Of a stretch of 64,000 nt of DNA, positions 8,817 through 18,592 are shown piece by piece (position 1 is the first letter of the stretch; every line of letters starts with the position of its first letter). The stretch lies in assembly GCA_036446455.1 (NCBI GenBank), contig JAZFSZ010000115.1:267-64266 (forward strand), read 5' to 3'. Both the position numbers and the translations under genes were made by a program. The notes beneath the pieces are model-generated. The model saw only the letters and a list, made by a program, of their open reading frames with translations, had not been told where the DNA came from and did not search any database. The DNA is from Acidiferrobacterales bacterium. Lineage in GTDB: Bacteria; Pseudomonadota; Gammaproteobacteria; Acidiferrobacterales; JAJDNE01.

Positions 8817-10112
8817 ATGGCAGAACGGAAGGTATATGTGATTGACGGGGCACGCACACCATTTATCAAGGCGCGAGGTAAACCTGGGCCATTCAGCGCG
8901 TCAGATCTTGCGGTTGCGGCGGGCCGTGTATTATTTACGCGCTCAACGATAACACCTGACATGATAGATGAAGCCATTGTCGGATGTGTCATCCCGGCAC
9001 CGGATGAGGCCAATATTGCGCGCATCATTGCGCTTCGCCTCGGTTGTGGGAAAAAGGTGCCCGCCTTTACCGTGCAACGTAATTGCGCATCGGGCCTGCA
9101 AGCGCTGGCCAGCGCCCATGAGCGCATATCACTGGGGTACTCCGATATTATTCTTGCCGGCGGCACCGAGGCCATGAGTCGTTCCCCTATTCAATGGAAC
9201 GCCGCCATGGTGGGCTGGCTGTCGGAAGTGATGCGGGCGCGATCCCTGCCAGCACGCGTGAGCGCTATAGCGCGTCTTCGCCCAAGCTATCTCAAACCTA
9301 TTTTTACGTTACTCTTGGGGTTGAGCGATTCGCTGGTGAAGTTGTCCATGGGTCAGACCGCCGAGATTGTCGCCAAGCGTTTCGGCATCACCCGTGATCA
9401 AATGGACGCGTACGCATTCACCAGCCACAAACGACTGGCTGGTGTTTTTGACGATGGGCGTATGGACGAAGAAGTGGTGCACATCTTTGATAATCGCGGT
9501 AATACCTATTTCGAAGACAATGGCATACGGCGCGATAGCGATATGGATAAACTGGCCAAACTGCGACCCGTGTTTGACCGCAAATATGGCCTGGTGACAT
9601 CAGGCAACAGCTCGCAAATTACCGACGGCGCCGCCATGTTACTGCTGGCCAGCGACAAGGCGGTTGCAAAACACGATTTGCCCGTGCTGGGCGAGCTGGT
9701 GGATCATGAATGGGCCGGTGTGGATCCGGCACAAATGGGGTTGGGGCCGGTACATGCGGTGGCCGGCCTCATCAAACGTCAGAAGATCTCCATGAACGAT
9801 ATTGATCATATGGAGTTGAATGAGGCCTTTGCCGCCCAGGTGCTGGGGTGTCAGGCTGCATGGAACAGTGCGGAATACTGCAAGAAGGAACTTGGCCTCA
9901 ACCGGCCGCTGGGTGCGATTGACAATGCCAAATTGAATCCCGATGGCGGTGCCATTAGCTGCGGTCACCCCGTCGGTGCCAGTGGGGCGCGACTGGTGCT
10001 GCACGCGCTGCAGGCCTTGAAACGCAAGGGCGGTGGTCAGGCGGTGGCGACACTATGCATTGGCGGTGGTCAGGGTGGCGCGATGTTATTGCGAGTAGGC
10101 GAGCCGGGCTAG
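8817..10112 (+). CDS. 3-ketoacyl-CoA thiolase / acetyl-CoA acyltransferase (FadA/FadI-like)
   Basis: Thiolase motifs: QRNCASGLQAL (active-site Cys), NLNEAFAAQVL, GGAISCGHPVGASGARL and CIGGGQGGAMLL. I prefer ATG 8817 (AGGAG 6 nt upstream) over the track's TTG at 8811. Confidence 0.88.
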   Translation: MAERKVYVIDGARTPFIKARGKPGPFSASDLAVAAGRVLFTRSTITPDMIDEAIVGCVIPAPDEANIARIIALRLGCGKKVPAFTVQRNCASGLQALASAHERISLGYSDIILAGGTEAMSRSPIQWNAAMVGWLSEVMRARSLPARVSAIARLRPSYLKPIFTLLLGLSDSLVKLSMGQTAEIVAKRFGITRDQMDAYAFTSHKRLAGVFDDGRMDEEVVHIFDNRGNTYFEDNGIRRDSDMDKLAKLRPVFDRKYGLVTSGNSSQITDGAAMLLLASDKAVAKHDLPVLGELVDHEWAGVDPAQMGLGPVHAVAGLIKRQKISMNDIDHMELNEAFAAQVLGCQAAWNSAEYCKKELGLNRPLGAIDNAKLNPDGGAISCGHPVGASGARLVLHALQALKRKGGGQAVATLCIGGGQGGAMLLRVGEPG

Positions 10113-10146
10113 TCGGCAAGGCACAGAATAATAAAAAGGAAAATAA

Positions 10147-12165
10147 ATGAAACACTGGCGACTCCAAAAAGTTGGAAATAGTCTGGCGTTGATACTGGAT
10201 GTGGCCGATCGCTCAGCCAACGTGTTGTCGTCCGAGGTTATGCGCGAACTCGAAGAAGCGTTGGTAGACGTCACAACCCGTAGCCAGAAAGGCGAGACTA
10301 TCAATGGTCTGATGATTCTGTCGGGTAAGAGCAAGGATTTTATTCTCGGTGCCGACGTCAATGAGTTTCAAAGGGTAAGCAATATCACTATGGCGACAGA
10401 GTATGTTCGTCGTGCGCAACACACCCTGAACCAGATTGCGGCATTACCAGTCCCCACGGTTGCGATCATTCACGGTAACTGTCTGGGGGGTGGTACCGAG
10501 CTGGCACTGGCCTGCGATTACCGAATCGCCAGTGACGATAACCGCACCCGCATCGGTCTGCCGGAGGTCAATCTCGGTATTCATCCTGGATGGGCCGGTA
10601 CCGTGCGCCTGCCCAAGCTGGTGGGGCCGTTTGCCGCGCTGAATATGATGTTGACGGGGCGGGCATTGCGCGCCCGGGCGGCCAGGCGCATTGGCCTGGT
10701 AGACGATGTGGTTGCACAGCGCCATCTTGAACGTGCTGCGCTGGCCATAATTGAAAAGAAACCACGCAAACATCACCCGACCTGGTGGCAACGGGTTCTC
10801 GGCTGGTTTCCCTTACGACCGCTGGTAGCCAATCTGGTGCGCAAGCAACTTAAAAAGAAGGTGCGCCAGGACCATTACCCAGCGCCGTTTCGCATTATCG
10901 ATCTCTGGTTGCGGGGAGCGAATCAGGAGAAGGAAGCAACCTCGATCAGTGAATTGGTCGTCAGTGATGTCAGCCGCAACCTCGTACGGCTGTTTCTGTC
11001 GAGCGATAAACTTAAACGCGCCAGTCGCAAGGTCGAACATGGCATAAAACATGTGCATGTCATTGGCGCCGGTGCCATGGGTGGGGATATCGCTGCCTGG
11101 GCCGCACTGCAAGGTTTTCGTGTCAGTCTTCAGGATCTTAATGCAGACGCCATCGCCGGCGTTATGAAGCGTGCCCATAATTTCTACAAGAAACGCCTGA
11201 AGAAACCGCGCGATATTCAGGAGGTTATGGATCGCCTGATGCCGGACACTCGTGGCGATGGCCTGCGCCACGCCGATCTGGTGATCGAGGCCGTAATTGA
11301 AAATCTGGAAGTGAAACAAAAGATTTTCCGGCATGCCGAGGCTGTCACCAGCGAAAACACCCTGCTGGCAACCAATACCTCCAGTATACCGCTGGAGGAA
11401 ATTGGCGACGGCCTGAAAGATGCTTCGCGCCTGGTGGGGCTGCATTTCTTCAATCCCGTTGCCAGGATGCAACTGGTGGAAATTGTGCGCGGGGAGAAAA
11501 CGGCAGATACTGCTATAGATCGCGCCCGTGCCTTTACAGTCGCTATCGGTCGGATGCCGCTGGAGGTCAAAAGTAGCCCCGGTTTTCTGGTCAATCGCAT
11601 ACTCATGCCCTATCTTATGGAGGCGATGACCATGGTCGAAGAAGGCATACCCTATACCGACATCGATCGCGCGGCACGCGACTTCGGCATGCCCATGGGG
11701 CCAATTGATCTTGCCGATACCGTGGGCCTGGATATCTGTTTGTCAGTGGCTGAAGAGCTGGCTGGCCCACTGGGAATGGAAGTGCCGGCGGGCCTGCGGG
11801 CGATGGTAGAGGCCGGTACCCTCGGCAAGAAGAGCGGCAGCGGTTTTTATCGGTACAAAAATGGCAAAATACAGCGACCCAAGGGCAGTATTCGCAAGGA
11901 TATACCCATTATTGATCGACTTATGCTGCGACAGTTGAATGAAACAGTTGCCTGCTTGCGTGAGAAGGTGGTATCAAATACAGATGCGGTTGATTTGGGC
12001 ATGGTGTTTGGCACCGGTTTCGCGCCGTTTCGCGGTGGACCGATTCATTATGCCCGCAGCGAAGGTGTTGACGAAATCAAACATCGACTGCTGCGTCTAG
12101 TGGATGCTTACGGAAAACGTTTCGAGCCGGATGCGGGTTGGTCCGATCAAAAATTGCTGGGATAA
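10147..12165 (+). CDS. fatty-acid oxidation multifunctional protein (enoyl-CoA hydratase + 3-hydroxyacyl-CoA dehydrogenase; FadB/FadJ-like)
   Basis: 672-aa ORF. The N-terminal crotonase fold has VAIIHGNCLGGGTELALACDYRIA. The central Rossmann motif is VHVIGAGAMGGDIAAWAA. 3HCDH C-terminal domains follow. The gene order thiolase-then-alpha-subunit resembles fadIJ. Confidence 0.88.
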   Translation: MKHWRLQKVGNSLALILDVADRSANVLSSEVMRELEEALVDVTTRSQKGETINGLMILSGKSKDFILGADVNEFQRVSNITMATEYVRRAQHTLNQIAALPVPTVAIIHGNCLGGGTELALACDYRIASDDNRTRIGLPEVNLGIHPGWAGTVRLPKLVGPFAALNMMLTGRALRARAARRIGLVDDVVAQRHLERAALAIIEKKPRKHHPTWWQRVLGWFPLRPLVANLVRKQLKKKVRQDHYPAPFRIIDLWLRGANQEKEATSISELVVSDVSRNLVRLFLSSDKLKRASRKVEHGIKHVHVIGAGAMGGDIAAWAALQGFRVSLQDLNADAIAGVMKRAHNFYKKRLKKPRDIQEVMDRLMPDTRGDGLRHADLVIEAVIENLEVKQKIFRHAEAVTSENTLLATNTSSIPLEEIGDGLKDASRLVGLHFFNPVARMQLVEIVRGEKTADTAIDRARAFTVAIGRMPLEVKSSPGFLVNRILMPYLMEAMTMVEEGIPYTDIDRAARDFGMPMGPIDLADTVGLDICLSVAEELAGPLGMEVPAGLRAMVEAGTLGKKSGSGFYRYKNGKIQRPKGSIRKDIPIIDRLMLRQLNETVACLREKVVSNTDAVDLGMVFGTGFAPFRGGPIHYARSEGVDEIKHRLLRLVDAYGKRFEPDAGWSDQKLLG

Positions 12166-12184
12166 GAATCCAGGAGGAGGATCT

Positions 12185-13882
12185 ATGCAAATTCCCATAA
12201 ATGAACGCACCAATATCTCTCAAGTGTTTGCCGCACGGGTGAGTGACACACCGGAGGCACCGGCCTATCGCCAATGCGAGAACGGAGAGTGGGTGGATTA
12301 CACCTGGAAGGATACCAATCGTGAAGTCACACGCTGGCAGCAGGCGATGAAAAAGGAAGGCCTGCATGCCGGTGACCGCGTGGCAGTGTGTATGAGCAAT
12401 TGTTTCGAATGGGTTCTGTTCGATCAGGCGGCCATCGGACTGGGATTGATAACCGTACCACTTTATTTCGGTGACCGCCCGGACAACATGGCCTGGTGTA
12501 TGAGTGATGCGGGAGTAAAGCTGCTGGTGCTGGAAAGCGACGACATCTGGCCGCAGCTCAAAGGCAAGGTGGAAACGCTGGAGCGTGTCGTAACCCTGGC
12601 ACCCCTCCACCAAGACGATGAAAAACTTACCAGTCTTGACGACTGGCTGCCAGATGCAGCTGGCGAACTTGCACAACTGGACGTCAATGGTAAGGAGCTT
12701 GCCACAATCGTCTATACCTCCGGCACGACCGGCCGCCCCAAGGGCGTAATGTTAAGTCACTACAATATTCTGTCCAATGTGGATGCCGGTTTGCGCATCA
12801 TTTCCATTAGTGCCAGTGACCGGTTTATTTCCTTTCTGCCCTTGTCGCACATGTTTGAACGTACGGTAGGTTATTACATCGGTGTCACGGGGGGGGCGCA
12901 GACAGTGTATGCCCGCGGTATTACCGAACTCGGTGAAGACTTGCAGCAGCAATCGCCGACAGTGATGGTTTGTGTGCCAAGAATTTTTGAACGCATCAAT
13001 ACCAAGATGCAAGCCGGTTTACCACCAAATTCACTGAAACGTACCCTGTTTGAAAAAGCGACCGATATCGGCTGGAAGCGCTTCAAAGGTACCGCCAGCC
13101 TGATGGATCATTTGCTTTGGCCCATTTTGAAGGCGTTGGTTGCGAAAAAAATCCATGCCCGCCTCGGTGGGCGCATACGATTGATTGTTGTCGGTGCGGC
13201 GGCATTGGCACCCGAGCTATCCAAAATCTTTGTCGGGTTGGGCCTGCCCATCATTCAGGGATACGGATTAACGGAAACCTCGCCTATTGCCTGTGCCAAC
13301 AGATTGGATGATAACGATCCGGCATCGGTGGGCAAACCGCTGCCCGAAGTGGAGATAGAATTGAGCGGCAAGGGCGAAGTTCTGATTCGTGGCCCGCTTG
13401 TCATGATGGGTTACTGGAATAATGAAACCGCTACCCAAGCCGTGATCGATTCCGATGGCTGGTTTCATTCCGGTGATATCGGCGAGTTCCGCGATGGACG
13501 CCTGTATATCACCGGGCGGGCGAAAGAAATCATTGTTATGAGTAATGGTGAAAAGCTGCCGCCGGGTGATGTCGAGCAGGCTATCATGATGGATACTGCT
13601 TTTGAGCAGCTAATGATCATTGGTGAGGGCCGCGCCAAGCTGGGCATGCTGGCGGTAAGCGATATCGAGAACGAAAAAGAGCTGTGTGACCGCGCCAATG
13701 CGAAACTGAAGGACTTCCCGGGCTGGGTTCGAATCCATTACCTGAAGCGCATGTCAGAGCCCTGGTCAGTGGAAAACGGATTTATGACACCGACACTGAA
13801 ACTCAAGCGCGCATCAATTGAAAAACACTGGGCGAAAGAAATTGAAGAAATATTTGCCGGTCCGGATCTGAGCAAAACCTAG
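12185..13882 (+). CDS. long-chain acyl-CoA synthetase (AMP-dependent synthetase/ligase)
   Basis: AMP-binding signature IVYTSGTTGRPKGVMLSH, plus GYGLTETS, WFHSGDIGEF and TPTLKLKR. I chose the start at ATG 12185, directly after AGGAGGAGG. The track's 12104 start would overlap the upstream gene by 62 nt. Confidence 0.85.
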   Translation: MQIPINERTNISQVFAARVSDTPEAPAYRQCENGEWVDYTWKDTNREVTRWQQAMKKEGLHAGDRVAVCMSNCFEWVLFDQAAIGLGLITVPLYFGDRPDNMAWCMSDAGVKLLVLESDDIWPQLKGKVETLERVVTLAPLHQDDEKLTSLDDWLPDAAGELAQLDVNGKELATIVYTSGTTGRPKGVMLSHYNILSNVDAGLRIISISASDRFISFLPLSHMFERTVGYYIGVTGGAQTVYARGITELGEDLQQQSPTVMVCVPRIFERINTKMQAGLPPNSLKRTLFEKATDIGWKRFKGTASLMDHLLWPILKALVAKKIHARLGGRIRLIVVGAAALAPELSKIFVGLGLPIIQGYGLTETSPIACANRLDDNDPASVGKPLPEVEIELSGKGEVLIRGPLVMMGYWNNETATQAVIDSDGWFHSGDIGEFRDGRLYITGRAKEIIVMSNGEKLPPGDVEQAIMMDTAFEQLMIIGEGRAKLGMLAVSDIENEKELCDRANAKLKDFPGWVRIHYLKRMSEPWSVENGFMTPTLKLKRASIEKHWAKEIEEIFAGPDLSKT

Positions 13883-14472
13883 TTTCGCACCTTCAGTCGT
13901 AACGCCTTGATACCAAGGCTCGCCAGTTTGCGAATGGCATCTTCGGCGTCGACGGCGCGAGCAAACGGCCCGAGACGCACACGATAATAGATGCGTTTGT
14001 TGCCCACTGTCACCTTCTGGATTTTCGACGGCAGGCCGTTGATTGCCAGCCTGGCTTTGAGTTGGTCGGCATCGGCATAGCGAGTGAAAGCTGCAGCCTG
14101 CAGAACAAAACTTACGTCGGGATCGCGCGTGCGACTGAGGTGTTCCCACTCGCTGTCTTCCACTACCGATTCGCTTTCCGGCAGAAGGGTGTAGAATTCG
14201 TATCGCGTTTTTTGTGCCGGTTTTGCTGTAACGGGTTTGGGTATTACCTTGGCTTTTACCGGGCGCGTGAGAATATTGTGCAGACCCGAACCAGGTCTAT
14301 TGACGGTACTGACAACCCACTGCACCAATACCGCCACAATGATGCCAATGGCCAGCCCCAGCACCAGCAGTGACCAGTTGGGTAATTTGTGGCGTCCACG
14401 ACGCGCCGGCGACCGGCGTCGATAGGTTGTTTTTTTCCTGCGAATTGCGCTTTTTTTTCGCGTTGTTGCCAC
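13879..14472 (-). CDS. SPOR-domain cell-division/peptidoglycan-binding protein (FtsN/DedD-like)
   Basis: 197-aa ORF with a basic N-terminus and a single TM (LLVLGLAIGIIVAVLVQWVV). The C-terminal SPOR-like domain reads FVLQAAAFTRYADADQLKARLAINGL...YYRVRLGPFARAVDAEDAIRKL. The GTG start lies 2 nt after the argS stop. Confidence 0.8.
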   Translation of the reverse strand: MATTRKKSAIRRKKTTYRRRSPARRGRHKLPNWSLLVLGLAIGIIVAVLVQWVVSTVNRPGSGLHNILTRPVKAKVIPKPVTAKPAQKTRYEFYTLLPESESVVEDSEWEHLSRTRDPDVSFVLQAAAFTRYADADQLKARLAINGLPSKIQKVTVGNKRIYYRVRLGPFARAVDAEDAIRKLASLGIKALRLKVRN

Positions 14473-14474
14473 GG

Positions 14475-16238
14475 TTACATGGAATCCGGTGCCGAGATAC
14501 CTAACAGTGACAGTGCATTGGCAATGACTTGCCTCGTCGCCTCGATCAGATTCAGGCGGGCATTGCGCAAATCTTCATCGCCAACGAGAAAGGTGTGTGC
14601 GTTGTAGTAGGTGTGAAAGTGGTTGGCCAGATCACGCAGATAGTGCACTAGCAGATGGGGCTCATGTTTTAGTGCGGCATACTCAATTGTTTCCGGGAAT
14701 CGCTCGAGCTGCGCCAGTAAATCGCGTTCGTGTTTCTCGTTAAGTCGTTCAAGGCTGTTATTGCCCGCTGCCACATCGTGGCTCATGTTTTTTTCCCTCA
14801 ATTGGCGGAAGACGCTGCGCACGCGGGCGTGAGCATACTGAATGTAATACACCGGATTGTCACTGGACTGCGCTTTGGCGAGATCAAGGTCAAAATCCAT
14901 ATGCTGTTCACACCTGCGCATAACATAAAAAAATCGCGCAGCATCGTTGCCCACTTCTTCACGCAATTCACGCAGCGTGACGAATTCCCCGCTGCGTGTC
15001 GACATCTGTACTTTTTTGCCACCGCGGTAAAGCACGGCAAATTGAACCAGTAATACATCGAGCTTTGACGGGTCATCATCAATTGCCGCCAGCGCAGCCT
15101 TGACCCGTGGTACATAACCGTGGTGGTCGGCTCCCCAGATATCAATGACACGATCAAAACCGCGTTCGAGTTTGTCCATGTGGTAGGCAATGTCGGCCGC
15201 AAAATAGGTGTGTTGGCCGTTGTCGCGGATAACGACGCGATCTTTCTCATCGCCAAAATCGGTAGACCGAAACCATAAGGCGCCTTCTTTCTCATACACG
15301 TGACCCGAATGTTGCAGACGCTCTATCGCCCGTGCCACGGCGCCGCTGGCTACCAGCTTTTGTTCCGAGAACCAGTCATCGTATTCGACGCCAAATTCCG
15401 TCAGATCACGACGAATGTTTTCAAGGATCTCATTCAGACCCTGATGATGGACAACACGATAATCATCTTCTCCCAACAGCGTTTTGGCACGATGAATCAG
15501 TCCATCAATATGCGTTTCCTTGTCACCACCAGGCTCGCCCTCATCAGGCGGCAATGTTTCAAATACGTTGCTGGCGTCATGACGAAAACGATCGCCGTGT
15601 TGACGATGCAGAGAGGCGCCGATGTCCCAGACATAATCACCCTTGTAGCCATTGGCCGGAAAATTCACAGTTTCACCACAGAGATCCAGATAGCGCAGCC
15701 ATACACTGGCAGTGAGAATATCCATCTGCCGCCCGGCGTCGTTGACATAATATTCCCGATGCACATTGAAGCCCACTGCTTCCAGCAGGTTGGCAACCGT
15801 GGCGCCATAGGCGGCACCGCGACCATGTCCCACATGTAGCGGACCAGTGGGATTGGCGGAAACAAACTCCACCTGCACCCGCTTGCCTGCGCCCACGCCA
15901 CTACGCCCAAAAGCTCCCGTTTGTGCCAGGATTGCCGGTATCACCCGCTGTGTCGCTGCCGGTGTCAGGTAAAAATTAATAAAACCGGGGCCTGCAATAG
16001 CCACTTTTTCAATGAATACCGAAGCCGGTAAAGCCGTTACAATTTTTTCCGCCAGTTCCCTGGGGGCCAAATGTGCCTGTTTTGCCAGCATCATGGCAAT
16101 ATTGCTGGCGAAGTCACCATGCCCTCTTTGTCTGGCCCGCTCCACCTCGATGGCAATGTCGAGCTGCTCTGGCAAGCCACCACCACCCTGCAGGCCGGTA
16201 ACCGCCTGTTGTATTAAATGGTGTATATGAGTTTTCAA
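14475..16238 (-). CDS. argS: arginine--tRNA ligase
   Basis: 587-aa ORF with the class I HIGH-type motif ([19 protein letters not shown]), a KMSTR-like motif ([11 protein letters not shown]) and the DALR anticodon-binding C-terminus. The only available start codon is TTG. Confidence 0.9.
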   Translation of the reverse strand: MKTHIHHLIQQAVTGLQGGGGLPEQLDIAIEVERARQRGHGDFASNIAMMLAKQAHLAPRELAEKIVTALPASVFIEKVAIAGPGFINFYLTPAATQRVIPAILAQTGAFGRSGVGAGKRVQVEFVSANPTGPLHVGHGRGAAYGATVANLLEAVGFNVHREYYVNDAGRQMDILTASVWLRYLDLCGETVNFPANGYKGDYVWDIGASLHRQHGDRFRHDASNVFETLPPDEGEPGGDKETHIDGLIHRAKTLLGEDDYRVVHHQGLNEILENIRRDLTEFGVEYDDWFSEQKLVASGAVARAIERLQHSGHVYEKEGALWFRSTDFGDEKDRVVIRDNGQHTYFAADIAYHMDKLERGFDRVIDIWGADHHGYVPRVKAALAAIDDDPSKLDVLLVQFAVLYRGGKKVQMSTRSGEFVTLRELREEVGNDAARFFYVMRRCEQHMDFDLDLAKAQSSDNPVYYIQYAHARVRSVFRQLREKNMSHDVAAGNNSLERLNEKHERDLLAQLERFPETIEYAALKHEPHLLVHYLRDLANHFHTYYNAHTFLVGDEDLRNARLNLIEATRQVIANALSLLGISAPDSM

Positions 16239-16325
16239 AACGGATTTGCCTGGCGATTGTTGCTGATCGGTAGTGGATTCTACCGGACGCAGGGCGTGGG
16301 ACGAAGCCCGCGAGAATAATGAATC

Positions 16326-18566
16326 CTAATCGCCGCTTCGACGTCGCGGATTCTGGCAGCGCATCATATAGTACTGGCTGACGGGATCGGCGGTTTCGAC
16401 AACCAGTTTTTCGAAAATGTCTTTCGCTTTTTTAATCTCATTATTGCCAAACAACTTGTAGGCCCTGTCAAATTCCGGTAGCCAGTCCAGGTCATCATAG
16501 TTGTGGGACAGGATCATTTCATAGATGCCCACCGGCTCCTGGCGACCGCGCACAGGTGCGACGTCAATTTTTCGCAAATGGTCAAATTTGTCGCGCACGT
16601 GCTCGTAAGTGAACTCGCTGATAAGAATATTGGTACCATAAATCTTGTTCATGGATTCGATTCGTGAGCCCAGGTTCACGGCATCGCCAATCACCGTATA
16701 ATCAAAGCGACTTTCCGAACCCATGTTGCCAACAATCATCGGGCCGGTGTTGATGCCAATACCGATATCGAGTACCGGTTTATCTTCCTGGGTCCATTGT
16801 GATTGCAGGATGTGAAGCTCACGCATCATGTCCAGCGCTGTTCGGCAGGCGAGTACGGCGTGATCATCCAGCCTGACTGGTGCACCGTAGAAGGCCATGA
16901 TGGCATCACCAATATATTTATCCAGCGTACCCTGATGTTGAAACACCTGCTCGGTCATGCGCGTGAGATAGTTGTTCAGTAACCTGACCATCTCTTCCGG
17001 TTCAATATTCTCTGACAAGGTGGTAAAACCACGGATGTCCGAAAACAGCACACTGAGTTCCCGCTTTTCGCCACCAAGCTGCAGTTGATCAATGTTGTCG
17101 ATTATCTGATCCACTACCGTTGCGGCCACATAGTGTTGAAACGCGCCCTTGATCTGGCGTTTTTGATGTTCCGATTGCAGGTAATTGTTGATGGTAGTGG
17201 CGACAAACAGCGACAACAGCAACAGTGACGGGAAGGTAACGTTCAGCCAGATCTGCAATTCGTTGAATAGCCACACGGCAAATCCGATGTAGAGCACGAA
17301 CAGGCCGACTACGACAAATCCGCCCAAACTGACACTCAAACGAGGTAACAGGAAGGAAAGCGATAGTCCCAATACCAGCAGCACAAGAATATCCACCATA
17401 CTCATCCAGTCGGGGCGCTGAATAAAGTCACCATCGAGCAGGTTCTGCATGACGTTGGCGCGAATCTCAGGACCGGGGAAGGTGGAACTGTACGGTGTGA
17501 CACGAATATCACCAATGCCAACGGCGGTGGCGCCAATCAAAACGATCTTGTTACGCACGGTTTCCGCCTTGACATTGCCCTTCAGAATATCGGCAATGGA
17601 AATCGTCGGGAAAGTGTTTTGCGGGCCGTAGTAATGAATCAACACGCGCCCGGTCTGATCCGTGGGGATGAAATAATCGTCCAGTTGCAGGCCGAGAATG
17701 CCGTAATTATCGGTGACCAGCATTAACTGGTCATAACCGCGATAGGCGCGCACGGCCTGCACATCGCCGGATGGGAAATAGCGGCCGCGCCAGCGAATAA
17801 CCGTGGGTGACCAGCGTGAAGTGCCGTCCGCATCCGGGAATATGTCGATGTGACCGCTGTAATTGGCCGCACGCTGGATAGCGCCGACATTGATATCGAC
17901 ACCAACCGGATCTTGTGGCATCGGGAACGACAGGCTGCCATCACCATAATCCTTGATAACTTGAATAGCCTGATCTCGAATGGCGTTGAACTTTTGATCG
18001 TTCTGTTTTTCGCTGATATGACCGGATTCTGACCTTTCAGTCAAAAAGGCCATACTAAGTACGACTTTTCCGCTCTTTTTGATAGTCGCCGCCAAGGTTG
18101 AATCGGCATTGAGTCTCTGCTTTATTTTACGATAGGCTTTACTGGAAGGGATGTGGGGGAAATCGGCCTCGAACTGTCTAATGAGAGAAAGCATTTCCCG
18201 GTTTTCGGACTCGGGGAAAAATACGTCGAAGACAATAACCTTGGCACCGAGTCGGTCAAGTTTGCGCACCAGTCTTGCCAGTGTGCCGCGGCTCCAGGGC
18301 CAGCGGCCAACCTCACTCAGGGCTTTTTCGTCAATGGCGGCGATGACGATGTCGTTGCCCGGGTTGCGACTGCCCTCGGACAACAACCGCATGTCGTATG
18401 TTTTGCGTTCGATGGTGGAAAATAACGAACCGGCGTTGTCAATCTGAAAAAGATAGATTGCAAGCAGGGCAAATGTTACAAGGACAGCGAGAACTCGCGG
18501 CGATACGCGAGTCAGGTCAGGCCTGCCCAGCCAGTTGCGAATGAGTTCGATCAGTTTTGTATTCAA
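16326..18566 (-). CDS. CHASE2-domain class III adenylate cyclase
   Basis: 746-aa ORF. It has an N-terminal TM, a large extracytoplasmic CHASE2-like region, three to four TMs, then a class III cyclase domain. Cyclase motifs are LSVLFSDIRGFTTLSE, KYIGDAIMAFYGAP, GINTGPMIVGNMGS and FDYTVIGDAVNLGSRIES. The Lys/Asp specificity pair suggests ATP as substrate. TTG start. Confidence 0.85.
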   Translation of the reverse strand: MNTKLIELIRNWLGRPDLTRVSPRVLAVLVTFALLAIYLFQIDNAGSLFSTIERKTYDMRLLSEGSRNPGNDIVIAAIDEKALSEVGRWPWSRGTLARLVRKLDRLGAKVIVFDVFFPESENREMLSLIRQFEADFPHIPSSKAYRKIKQRLNADSTLAATIKKSGKVVLSMAFLTERSESGHISEKQNDQKFNAIRDQAIQVIKDYGDGSLSFPMPQDPVGVDINVGAIQRAANYSGHIDIFPDADGTSRWSPTVIRWRGRYFPSGDVQAVRAYRGYDQLMLVTDNYGILGLQLDDYFIPTDQTGRVLIHYYGPQNTFPTISIADILKGNVKAETVRNKIVLIGATAVGIGDIRVTPYSSTFPGPEIRANVMQNLLDGDFIQRPDWMSMVDILVLLVLGLSLSFLLPRLSVSLGGFVVVGLFVLYIGFAVWLFNELQIWLNVTFPSLLLLSLFVATTINNYLQSEHQKRQIKGAFQHYVAATVVDQIIDNIDQLQLGGEKRELSVLFSDIRGFTTLSENIEPEEMVRLLNNYLTRMTEQVFQHQGTLDKYIGDAIMAFYGAPVRLDDHAVLACRTALDMMRELHILQSQWTQEDKPVLDIGIGINTGPMIVGNMGSESRFDYTVIGDAVNLGSRIESMNKIYGTNILISEFTYEHVRDKFDHLRKIDVAPVRGRQEPVGIYEMILSHNYDDLDWLPEFDRAYKLFGNNEIKKAKDIFEKLVVETADPVSQYYMMRCQNPRRRSGD

Positions 18567-18592
18567 TGCTTGATAATTATAAAGATTTCGGG

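Noticed and set aside
12104-12184. N-terminal extension of the acyl-CoA synthetase ORF (MLTENVSSRMRVGPIKNCWDKNPGGGS).
   Set aside because: It would overlap the upstream fadB/J-like gene by 62 nt. A strong AGGAGGAGG Shine-Dalgarno sequence precedes ATG 12185, where homology-like sequence begins.
13879-13882. Convergent acyl-CoA synthetase and SPOR genes share the palindrome CTAG as overlapping stop codons.
   Set aside because: The overlap is real but trivial. It implies no room for a terminator but offers nothing further to test from the sequence alone.
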